The notes under the pieces were generated by a model. The model made no database searches and was not told the DNA's origin. It saw only the letters and a program-made list of their open reading frames with translations. This document shows, piece by piece, positions 54,201 to 64,000 of a DNA stretch of 64,000 bases (positions are counted from its first letter, which is position 1; each line of letters begins with the position of its first letter). The stretch spans positions 29,741,250 through 29,805,249 of the forward strand of contig NC_069369.1 of NCBI RefSeq assembly GCF_021730395.1, written 5' to 3'. Origin of the DNA: Mercenaria mercenaria. Its lineage: Eukaryota. Position numbers and translations under genes: made by a program.

Positions 54201-56708
54201 AAAATTATCTGATCGTGTTTCCTAGACTGTTTAATTACAATTACCTGATGACACCAAGTAATTAGGGGTCACTTGACTTTGACCTTGACCTACTGAAATC
54301 ATGAACTACTGACCTACTTTTTATGCCCCTGAAGGTGGGCATATTAAAATCGCACTGTCCGTGTGTGAGTCCAAGCACACGATTGGTACCTTAGGTGGTA
54401 GGAGGTGTGGCCTAGGACAATAGAAATCCTTTGTATTGATTCCGTAACCACTTAATTCTTTTGTTCCTTAAATGGTCATTCTATTGTTTTCAAACAATGA
54501 AATGACCACCTAATACCTAAATCGCATGGGTGTGTGTGCGCCCGGTAAATTCTTATCCGGGCTGTAACTCTTCCATCCATATAAGGGATTTTGAAATAAC
54601 TTTGCGTAAATGTGCACCGTAATGGGACGAAGTGTCGTGCGCAAGACCCAGATCCCTTGCTCCAAGGTCAAGGTCACACTTAGAGGTCAAAGGTTAACAT
54701 AGTCTGTTACTGATCTTAAATATTATTAACGGTTAACCCTGACCTACTGACCTACTGACCTACTTTCTTGTTTTTGAAGCTACAGCAAAGAGATTTGGAC
54801 CACCTGTATAATTTTTTAACAGATTTCAGTACTTATCTTGAAGAATATTTACTATGACCTCATCTATTTTTTGTTTGTTTTTAAAGCATTAGCAAAGAAA
54901 TTTGTTTAACCAAACAATTAATCTCAGATGAGCGATATAGGGCCATCATGGCCCTCTTGTTTGGATTTGGAAGTTGAATCATTGAATCTTCAAAATGTAA
55001 TCTCAATGAAAACATGAAATTCCCAAATATCGTGTCTTTAAAATTTGAAATCCACTAATTTATTACCAGTACATGTATATTTTCCATCTGTAACCCTCTA
55101 CCAAAATTGTTCAAGCAATCTGTGAAATTCAGGTGAGTGATATAGGGCCACCATGGCCTTTGTATTTAACAAAAGAATGACTGGTACAGCATGACATCTA
55201 ATTGTGAATGCATTGCTACAGACAAGTATATTTATGCCCCCTTCAAGAAAGATGGGGTATATTGTTTTGCGGATGTCGGTGCGTAGACCAATCATTTTCC
55301 GGATGATAACTCAACAGCACTTGGGGTTAAGATCTTGAAAGTTGATAGAGAGTTTAGTGAAACACGTAGATGGAATGAAAATTTAACAGACTTGTTAAAA
55401 TCAATAAAGAGTGAAAATTATGTCCCTATAATTCAGCTATAATGTTATTTTCATCATCTCCTTATTTTTTGTATGTCTGTGGTATTGTGCCCACTGTCTG
55501 CGAGTTAGACAAATTATGTCTGAAATAGTTGGGAATACATTAGTTTGACACAGTAGGAATTAAGTGCTAGACGTCTTAACATTTATTTCATGATTCATTT
55601 TGTAATATTATTGTGTCTGAAAATCATAAATCTAAGATAATTTCTTAGAATATACTATTTCAGTAGGATTTATTGATGTGACAAATAACATAAATTACAG
55701 AATTTCTCAAAAATCACATTCACCCTTGTCTTGTTGACAGTGCTACTGTCTAAATCAAGCTGCTGATGTTGTTACATAATAAAAACATGGCCAGACTTAA
55801 AAAAATTTAACCAGGTTTTCAAAAAAAAAGATGGTTATTAAATTGGCGAATGTCGTTGGGCGGGCATGTGTACTGCAGGCAGGCTGGCGTGGATGACATT
55901 TGGCTAAAATTTTGTATGTAGCTGGTATTGAAACTTCACACACATATACTCTGTGATAAATTACCAAAATGTAACAATATATTTCTGTCATAGCAAATTA
56001 CTTTACACTAATGCCTGTATCGAACTTGACCTAGATTTTATTGAGATACATACTCTGTATTAAGTTATGTTTTGTTCTAAGAAAAATTATTGTAGTGTGG
56101 TTATCCAGCTTGGCCTAGAATGTTTAGTAATACCTCTTCTTTATAATTATGGTTGACATTGTAGAAAAATTACTCTAATCGAGCAGTCACTATCAGTTGT
56201 TGCAACTTTGACCGACTCTGGAGATGCTATTCTGAACTGACTCATTGTTGAACATGGCTGAACATGGCCTAGATTTTAGAGATACGCACTTCGTTTAATT
56301 TTAGTTTAGTTTTGATACAAAATACTTTAGAATGGACACTGATATTTTCTGCCGTCACACAGAAACCCGACCATAAAGCCATATAGGGTGAAAACATAAT
56401 ACATCCTGAATCTCCAAAACAACAAAAATGTACACTTTAGACCCTTTTGCATCTTATATTCAAACATATTTGTAGCAGACAATTCATTTTGAATGCATGC
56501 AATAGGCACCCCAGCTTCCAAATTTTGTAATGCTCTTGGTGGTGCTTAGATGAGAATCAATACGGTATACTTTTGACAAATTCTTCCTGTAGTTTTCAAA
56601 AAAAAAATCCTGTTGGGTAGTTGAAGAAAAAGGTAGAAGTTGTTCAGTTGATTTTGTAAAATGTGTTAGGCTGAATCTTTTACATAATAAGTTATTCCTT
56701 TGTTTCAG

Positions 56709-56831
56709 GACCTTACAAACATAGACCTGTTTATGACATCAAAGGCTATTGAGGAATCTTTAATCAATCATGAGACAGCCCCTTGTTTGAACTGGTGCTA
56801 TGAAAACAAATCCAAACTGAGAAAATTGAAG
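56709..56831 (+). CDS. MAEA: MAEA coding exon 4 ([41 protein letters not shown]), the CTLH region
   Basis: Acceptor tgtttcag|GACCTTAC, donor GAAG|GTATATAA. Matches human [41 protein letters not shown]. Confidence 0.9.
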
Positions 56832-56940
56832 GTATATAAATTGTTTTAAATACTGGTTGGTTCTTAGTTATATTTTACAGACTATGTAGTAGACATGTTC
56901 AGCTGCAGAGATTACTCAGATTATAAAACTGCCGCTTGCC

Positions 56941-57153
56941 TTAACCTTTAGCCTTCTAAATTTCTCAAATGGACTGGTTCATAATTTAATTTGGGCAATA
57001 CCATTTGTTAATGGAAGGGATTTTCACTGAAAATTTACTGTCTGAATAGCGAACAGTGCAGACCATGATCAGACTGCACGGACGTTCAGGCTGATCTTTG
57101 TCTGCACTGGTCGCAAAGGCAGAATCACTTGCCGCCAGCTGACTAAAAATTAA
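56941..57153 (-). mobile_element. MITE family B, copy 8, in MAEA intron 4
   Basis: ttaacctttagccttctaaatttctcaaatggac...ccgccagctgactaaaaattaa. Confidence 0.75.
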
Positions 57154-57530
57154 GCAGCCAGTCAGTTAAATTTCTAGACTGACTTTTTGTACTAATTTTA
57201 ACTTGGCTTAAGTAGTCACCTGCAGTAAACAGCCAGATTGTGTTACTCACACAGTTTGCTGCTTAACACAGTTCTGACTGTATATTGCTTTGCACCATAT
57301 TGGAAGATTGCTTTTTGATTTATAGCAGTCCTCGATGAATTTGTTGAATTTTGGACAAGAGGTTAGAAAGTATTACAAATAATAGTTATGTAAGCAAGTC
57401 TTAACATGGATATGTCAGTTATTGTTGTGTAGATTTAATGAGAACAAGCCATAAGAAATTAGTTGTAAAATTCAAGTACATAATGATACCTATCAGCAAT
57501 TCTATATATCAACGTATATATCTTTTTCAG

Positions 57531-57607
57531 AGCACCCTAGAATTTAAGCTTCGTCAACAAGAATTTATTGAAATGATAAGAAGTAACTGCCGTCTAGATG
57601 CTGTCAG
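57531..57607 (+). CDS. MAEA: MAEA coding exon 5 (STLEFKLRQQEFIEMIRSNCRLDAV-)
   Basis: Plus ORF 57438..57629. Acceptor tctttttcag|AGCACCC, donor GTCAG|GTATGCTG ending in phase 2. Matches human [25 protein letters not shown]. Confidence 0.9.
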
Positions 57608-58419
57608 GTATGCTGTTCTTTATTTCTGAAACATCTTTTTCACTGAAAGCTTTGTCTCATTCCCTTTAATGGATCTGTAATAGAAAATTGGGTCCAAATC
57701 TGAAAGGTTGAAACACTGGATTCTTTATACAACTAGGGGCATTTAACTTTTATTATACCCATATCAGTTGATGTTCCTTGATTGTATTATGCACTGATGA
57801 TGAATCTACTTGAAATGTCTATGAAAGGCGTATGCTAGAATTCCCTGTATATGAGATGGGCGAAATTTTTACAAATAATAGAATTTCTTCAAAGTTTGGA
57901 TATTGAAGGACAATCTTAAAAAATCTTGAAAAATAATTATCTGCCCTTGAAAACAGCATTTTTTTTCAGAAAATGCCATTTTCAAGGGCAGATAACTCTT
58001 TTTCAATACTGGTGACCTATGATTTTTATTGCATATTTGTTTCTTAGATGATTGTCCTTCAGTATCCAAAGTTTGAAGAAATTCTATTATTGGGAAAAAT
58101 TTTGCCCGAATTCTTGCGTAGGCCTTTAAGTAATAACTACTGAAAAGCCAGAAAGTTTTTCAGGCCCTCCAAGGCCAAGTTCTTAAGATGTCTGACTTTG
58201 AAACACTTTTCCCGCTGACCTCTGCACTTTGGGCCCAATTTTGGATGTAGAACTATTTCCTATAAAGAATGTATCTAGGAGGCTTGTTGCAGATTGCTGG
58301 TTTTACCCAGATGCCTGCCTGCACCTGTATTGGTATGACTTTAAATGTAACTAAACAAACAGAGAAATTAAAATTTGTCATTGATTTCTGATGATGTATT
58401 TTCTTTGTTCTGTTTACAG

Positions 58420-58531
58420 ACATGCAAGGAAATATTTCAGTAATCAGATAGAGGACCAACACTTGAATGAGATACAGAGAGTTATGGGATTGTTAGCATT
58501 TTCTCCAGACACACTTATTTCACCATATAAG
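58420..58531 (+). CDS. MAEA: MAEA coding exon 6 ([38 protein letters not shown])
   Basis: Plus ORF 58391..58672. Acceptor ctgtttacag|ACATGCAAGG, donor ATAAG|GTAATCTG. Matches human [37 protein letters not shown]. Confidence 0.9.
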
Positions 58532-59275
58532 GTAATCTGTCCTTCATGGCCTTCCTTAAAGAAAAAACGGAGGTTGCAGTCAGCTTGTAGAAAATCACCA
58601 GCTTCAAGGGAGAGGGGTTGGGGAGATCTCAGTATCCCTTTGGACACTTGGTCCCTTTTAGGGGTTGCTTGAGCTGAAAATAGAAAAAAACATTTAAATG
58701 ACTTTTCCTCATGAACTGAACTGCTTGATGGATCTTCATAAAACTTGATCTACATCATCATTGTAAGATCGTCTTCCAGTTTGTTTAATGATGGCATTTG
58801 CAAGGTTGAAAGTTTTCCAGCATATGCCACAGGGTTTAGTAGGGGTGGGTGGGTGGTGGGGTAGGCTTCTCCTGGTCCGACTTCAGTATTCCTCTGAGGT
58901 GTAAATTTTGTCTTTTAAGTCTAAAAATGTATTTGTTAGCAGATGTGCATTCTCTACAAGGAGATAGCCCGTTACAATGTGCAATTTCAACCAGATGAGA
59001 CTTTTTGGGATCGACCATTCTCGAAAATTACCAAATGACTGCCAGATTTCGGACAAACAAGATTGACCTTGAATTTCTTACTTCATTAAAATTATTTTCA
59101 TTCTATTTTTAGTAATATACGTAAAATTTTCATTCCAGATTTCATGCCCGTCAGTAATGTATTTTTATGACCTGTTCTCTGGATGAAGGTCCTAGAGGAC
59201 CGAAACTGGTAGATAAATAAATGATAGTCTAAACATACCTGGATGTGTAATTCCACTATTAACCTTTAATTATGT

Positions 59276-59292
59276 CCCCCCCCCCCCCCCCC
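59276..59292 (+). repeat. C17 homopolymer at the boundary of the inverted satellite G element
   Basis: Read directly from the sequence. Confidence 0.95.
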
Positions 59293-60110
59293 TAGAGGAG
59301 ACATTGTTTTTGCCCCATCCGTCCGTCCGTCACAATTTCCGATCATAGTAGATGACCCCTATTGATTTTGGGGGTCACTCTGTTAAAGGTCAAGGTTAAA
59401 GGGGCCTGAACATGCAAAACCATTTCCAATCAATAACTTGAGAACCACTTGACCCAGAATGTTGAAACTTCATAGGATGATGGACATGCAGAGTAAATGA
59501 CCCCAATATGCAAAGTAAATGACCCCTATTGATTTTAGGGTCACTCTATTAAAGGTCAAGGTCACAGGGGGCCTGAACATGGAAAACCATTTCCGGTCAG
59601 TAACTTGAGAACCACTTTATCAAGAATGTTGAAACTTCATAGGATGATTGAACATGCAGAGTAGATGACCCCTATTGATTTTGGGGTCAATCTATTAAAG
59701 GTCAAGGTTGCAGCAGACAGAACATGGAAATCCATTTCCAGTCAATAACATGAGAACCATTTGACCTAGAGCCTTCAAACTTCATAGGGTAAAAGGACTT
59801 ACAGAGTAGATGACCCCTATTGTTTTTGGGGTCATTCCATCAAAGGTCAGTGTCACAGGGGGCTGAACATAGAAAACTCTTTCCAATCAATAACTTAAGA
59901 ACCACTTGATCCAGAATGTTGAAACTTATTAGGATAATTAGACATGCTGAGTAGATGACCCCTACTGATTTTGGGGTCACATGATCAAAGGTCAAGGTCA
60001 CAGGGGCCTGAACATGGAAAACCGTTTCCAAGCCATAACTTTAGAACCACTAAGCCCAGATTGTTGAAACTTAGTGGGATGATTGGACATGCCAAGTAGA
60101 TGATCCATAT
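59276..60110 (-). repeat. Satellite G array (inverted relative to 30560-31250), five or more ~150-bp units, preceded by C17 and a (CCGT)n microsatellite, in MAEA intron 6
   Basis: Monomers …gatgacccctattgattttggggtcac…aaaggtcaaggtcacagggggcctgaacatgg…. Confidence 0.7.
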
Positions 60111-60970
60111 TGCAGCCAACCATCAGTGTCTCTTTGACTTTTGCTCATGTCCCCTATTGACTTCTTGCCTATACGACTATGCATTGGGGGAGACATGCAC
60201 TTTTCTACAAAAGCATCTTCTAGTTTCTATTGTGTTCATTTAAAACAAGAATTCTGATTTACTTGATAATTATTGCCAGCCAATGAAATAGTGGCTTTTA
60301 GGTTCAGAAACCAAAAAAAGTTGTGAAAAATGAATTTTTGTCTTGCATTGTAAAATACAAAATATATAGAAAATGCTACAAAAAGCAAATGAAGATAGGA
60401 AATGTCGTCTGAAGTTTACAGGCACAGTGGAAAATGAGTGATTAAAATTAATTGGGCTAAAAAAAGTTCATTACTAAGAGTAGCATTTTCACAGATTGAT
60501 ATTTTGGTGATTAGAAACAGTAATTGTTGAAAAGGCATATCCAGCACTTGAAACTTGCTACTTACATGAGCTTGAGGTAGCATCTGCCCACCTGGCCCCC
60601 TGGCCAAGGCATTGCCCTTAGAGAGTATGGATGTGAAAGAAATACTGTGAAATCATTGATATTCATGAGGGGCAAATTTTCTTGGATTTTGTTGTTGCAT
60701 CTTTCCATGAAAATATGTCCAAACTAATAAGCAAGTTTTTCATTTCTTCTATCCTTAAAACGTGCAATCCACAAATTCATATCTTGGTGAAATCACAAAA
60801 TTTTATGCTCACAAAATGAAATGATTGACCACATTTTTTAACAAAACACACTATTTTTCAAAATTTTCTGCAAGAAATATATTTAAAAAAATTGAAGTCT
60901 GTAATTTTAACTTGGTAAATAAACCCTTCTATTAATTTTGTCAGAATTGTGCTGTAAGTTACTTATATTT

Positions 60971-61200
60971 GAGCCGCACCATGAGAAAACCAACATAGTA
61001 GGTTTGCGACCAGCAAGGATCCAGACCAGCCTGCGCCTCTGCACAGTCTGGTCAGGATGTTCACTAACAGTTTCTCTAATTGCAGTAGGCTTTGAAAGCG
61101 AACAGCATGGATCCTGACCAGACTGCGCGAATGCGCAGGCTGATTTGGATCCTTGCTGGTCGCAAACCCACTATGTTGGTTTTCTCATGGCACGGCTCAT
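60971..61200. mobile_element. MITE family A, copy 5 (complete), ending 22 bp upstream of the MAEA exon 7 acceptor
   Basis: gagccgcaccatgagaaaaccaacatagtaggtttgcgaccagcaaggatccagacc... with an inverted arm ending cacggctcat at 61200. Confidence 0.85.
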
Positions 61201-61222
61201 ATTTTCTTTTGATATTTTGCAG

Positions 61223-61356
61223 GACTTATTAGACCAAGAAAGATGGGCTGAACTGGTTCAACAGTTTCGATATGAGAATTTCAAGTTACATCAGTTGAAT
61301 AATGCCTCTGTGTTCACCGTCACTTTACAGGCTGGATTATCTGCCCTTAAAACACC
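61223..61356 (+). CDS. MAEA: MAEA coding exon 7 ([44 protein letters not shown]-)
   Basis: Plus ORF 61145..61399. Acceptor ttttgcag|GACTTATTAG lies 20 bp after the end of a MITE-A copy. Donor ACACC|GTATCC ends in phase 2. Matches human [45 protein letters not shown]. Confidence 0.88.
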
Positions 61357-62095
61357 GTATCCTTTTATTAAGAGACTTGAAATCACTTTCACATTGTAAA
61401 TTCTTTTAATTTGAAGAAGCTTCATCCTCTGAAAATAATGTGTAGATTGGTACATGGGTATCTCTTCTCTAGTAGATGGGCAAGTATCCTACACTGTAGC
61501 TTGCTGTGTGCTTATAAACACTCTTAGTCAAATGTTTGTAACACAATACAAAAATTATCAAGAAAACCTTCCAAACTATAAAATCCAAGTGAAAAATGTC
61601 TCTAAACCCAACACAAAAAATAAAAACTACAAAATATTATTTTTAAGCAACTATAGTAGTCATACTAATTGTCAAACTGGTTTTGACTGCATATCCAGGA
61701 GTGATGTCGCTATGCAGGGGAGATTACTAAGATTGACTGCAAACTGATCTGTCGGTTTCTTACTGAATTTTCGATTTCTTACTGAATTTTCGATTTTTAT
61801 TGTCAAAAGGATATTTGTCATGAATTTTGATGTCACTGATGCATTTTCAAGTACCTTCTTTTAAGTTTTATATTTTAAAATGTTTACAGAGATTGGAAAA
61901 GTATTCCTTTATTCAACATTCTCATTCCATTAGAGGTACTGCACTACAAAAAAGGGCCGCGAGAACTAAAAATAGAAAATATTTTAAAAGATAGGATTGA
62001 AACGCAATATCTTGAACTCACTTATCTCAAAATTAAAGCTATTGCGAAGACATTTTCAAGTCCCATCCCAAAAACACATGCACAAAATACCATTT

Positions 62096-62302
62096 GAGCC
62101 GCGCCATGAGAAAATCAACATAGTGGCTTTGCATCCGTGCAGTCTGGTCAGGATCCATGCTGTTCGCTTTTATAGCCTATTGGAATTGGAGAAACTGTTA
62201 GCGAACAGCATGGATCCTGACTAGACTGCGCGGATGCGCATGCTGGTCTGGATCCATGCTGGTCGCAAAGCCACTATGTTGATTTTCTCATGGCGTGGCC
62301 CA
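62096..62302. mobile_element. MITE family A, copy 6 (internal deletion in the first arm), in MAEA intron 7
   Basis: The termini are intact. The first arm lacks the accagcatggatccagaccagcctgc segment. Confidence 0.8.
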
Positions 62303-62424
62303 TTTTAAGTCAATTTCAGCCAAGTGAAATGCTGGATCCCTTGAATTTGAGATACATAGTTTCATCTGTACTTCCTGGTTATTGTCTTAAGTCCATTTAA
62401 ATCAGTGTTGTGAAAAGTTTAGTT

Positions 62425-62635
62425 TAACCCTTACCATGCTAAATTTATATAATGAACTTGTCCATCTTCCAATTTGGACAGTACCATTAACTGTTAAAAG
62501 GGGTGTTTACCCAAAAGATACTGACTGAATAGTGAACAGTGCAGACCATGATCAGACTGGACAGATGTGCAGGCTGATCATGATCTACACTGGTCGCAAA
62601 GGCAGAACCAATCGCGTCCAGCATGGTAAGGGTTA
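62425..62635 (-). mobile_element. MITE family B, copy 9 (complete; TIR TTAACCCTTACCATGCT), in MAEA intron 7
   Basis: ttaacccttaccatgctaaattt...gtccagcatggtaagggttaa. Confidence 0.8.
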
Positions 62636-62749
62636 AAAGCTTGGAGCTTTACTTTTCTTATTCCATTTGCAGAAATTACAAATGATTTCATGTTGCAAAT
62701 TTAAACACTTTTCCAGTTATAGTATTTGGACCTTAACTGATATCACCAG

Positions 62750-62945
62750 ATACTGTTATAAATCGGAGGGTACCAGTAAGAATGCTGAATGCCCAGTATG
62801 TAGCCGCAATCTCAACAAGCTAGGTCAACACTTGCCATATGCTCATTGTGCTAATTCCAAGCTGATTTGCCACATCAGCGGGCAAGCTCTGAACGAACAT
62901 AACCCACCGATGATGTTACCAAATGGATATGTGTATGGTTGTAAT
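62750..62945 (+). CDS. MAEA: MAEA coding exon 8, RING-like domain ([66 protein letters not shown])
   Basis: Plus ORF 62667..62987. Acceptor tatcaccag|ATACTGTT, donor AAT|GTAAGTACG. Matches human [52 protein letters not shown]. Confidence 0.9.
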
Positions 62946-63419
62946 GTAAGTACGTTAAAATGTGGTAGTTTTAGGCGTGGAATTTAGATAGAGCCTTTTA
63001 AGAGTTAAAGACTTGATTTGCCAGTATTCTGTCCATCCGTCAGTCCGTCACACAAAGTGTGATCAAAGTTTTGTAAGAAGAACGTCCTGTAGTCTTCAGT
63101 CAAATTTAATGTACTTAAACATTTAAAATTGCAAAATTACATGTGCGGAACAGTTGTGCAATAGTGAATAGTTTATTTGGTAATAAAAAAACTAATGTAA
63201 TTAGAACTTAAAAAATAGGTTGATTGAACAGTGTATTTGATGCAGTTCTTTAAAAGCGAAACAATTGTAACACTTGTAACCATGGGGACATCCTCTGTTG
63301 ATTGCACTGTCAATCACTTAACAATCCATATATGTGAACAATTTTGTATTAAAAATTGAATAAATTTGTGTGTGTATAAGTTGATTTGTAGTCGCCACCG
63401 GTAACCCACATGGGCGACT

Positions 63420-63650
63420 CCTCCAGAAGACTGTTAATTAATAGTGTTAGTGGAAGGATAGTGCAAGATACAGAAGATGCTCCAATTCCAGAAGCTTCCC
63501 TGGTTCTTTATAGCATGCAAAGTGTAAGGCATCTTTACACGGGACTCTTACCCCAATGTTAGAATTTTAGTTGGAGAAGTGGGGGCTTGAACTCACGACC
63601 CCAGGTTTCATAGTCAAACAGTGTTACCACTGGACCACTGCGTCCACTCT
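63420..63650 (-). mobile_element. tRNA-like SINE (third family: gtggacgcagtggtccagtggtaacac...gggtcgtgagttcaagccc)
   Basis: A tRNA-derived head with no acceptor-stem complementarity. Lies in MAEA intron 8. Confidence 0.5.
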
Positions 63651-63866
63651 GATTTAATAAATATTAATGATTACTTAATTTAAATGGTATCATATTGAAG
63701 ATGTACTGAGTACTCGATCTAATTTAAGTAGCTTAAGCCCAGTTTTGTTGAAGAACAACAGTGACTGGATCAATTTTGTCAGTTTGTAAGAAACTCAATT
63801 TCCATATTCAGTATAAGTGTATTTTCAGATTTGATTAATTTTCAGTATTATTCACAATATTTTCAG

Positions 63867-63968
63867 GCATTAGAGGAGATGGCCGCAAGGAATGAGGGCA
63901 ATGTTTTCTGTCCTAGAGGCAAGGAGGCTTTCCATATTGAAAAGGCAGAGAAAGTTTTTGTGATGTGA
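63867..63968 (+). CDS. MAEA: MAEA terminal coding exon (ALEEMAARNEGNVFCPRGKEAFHIEKAEKVFVM*). The stop TGA is at 63966-63968
   Basis: Acceptor aatattttcag|GCATTAGAGG. Matches human [31 protein letters not shown]. A MITE-A copy begins 13 bp after the stop codon. Confidence 0.85.
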   Translation, partial: ALEEMAARNEGNVFCPRGKEAFHIEKAEKVFVM

Positions 63969-63980
63969 TCAGAGATTAGA

Positions 63981-64000
63981 TGAGCCGCGCCATGAGAAAA
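63981..64000. mobile_element. MITE family A, copy 7 (5' terminus only, cut by the window edge), in the MAEA 3'UTR
   Basis: gagccgcgccatgagaaaa matches the family terminus. Confidence 0.6.

Overview
This window is eukaryotic nuclear DNA: AT-rich, intron-bearing and very repeat-dense. The repeat families suggest a mollusc, probably a bivalve, but this is an inference. It contains no prokaryotic operon, CRISPR array or defence system. Two protein-coding genes are recognisable from exon-by-exon homology. A CtBP (C-terminal binding protein) ortholog lies on the minus strand with seven coding exons at 6359-15597; its 5' coding exon was not located, and exon 3 carries an apparent 1-bp frameshift. 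A MAEA ortholog lies on the plus strand with nine coding exons at 46121-63968, complete from ATG to TGA. The two genes are head to head, reproducing the CTBP1/MAEA neighbourhood of human chromosome 4p16. The roughly 30 kb between them and most introns are filled with repeats. These comprise a palindromic MITE family A (7 copies), a TTAA-ended MITE family B (9 copies) that shares a central core with A, tRNA-derived SINEs, and at least ten satellite or minisatellite families. Many satellites are packaged as composite units with a 5' hairpin, a tandem array, a GACG/GGAC-type microsatellite and a conserved tail, resembling tandem-repeat MITEs or Helentron-like elements. Long poly-G/poly-C tracts and several hairpins or inverted duplications are also present. 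Most listed ORFs of 60 aa or more are repeat or palindrome artefacts; only those overlapping the CtBP and MAEA exons are real coding sequence.
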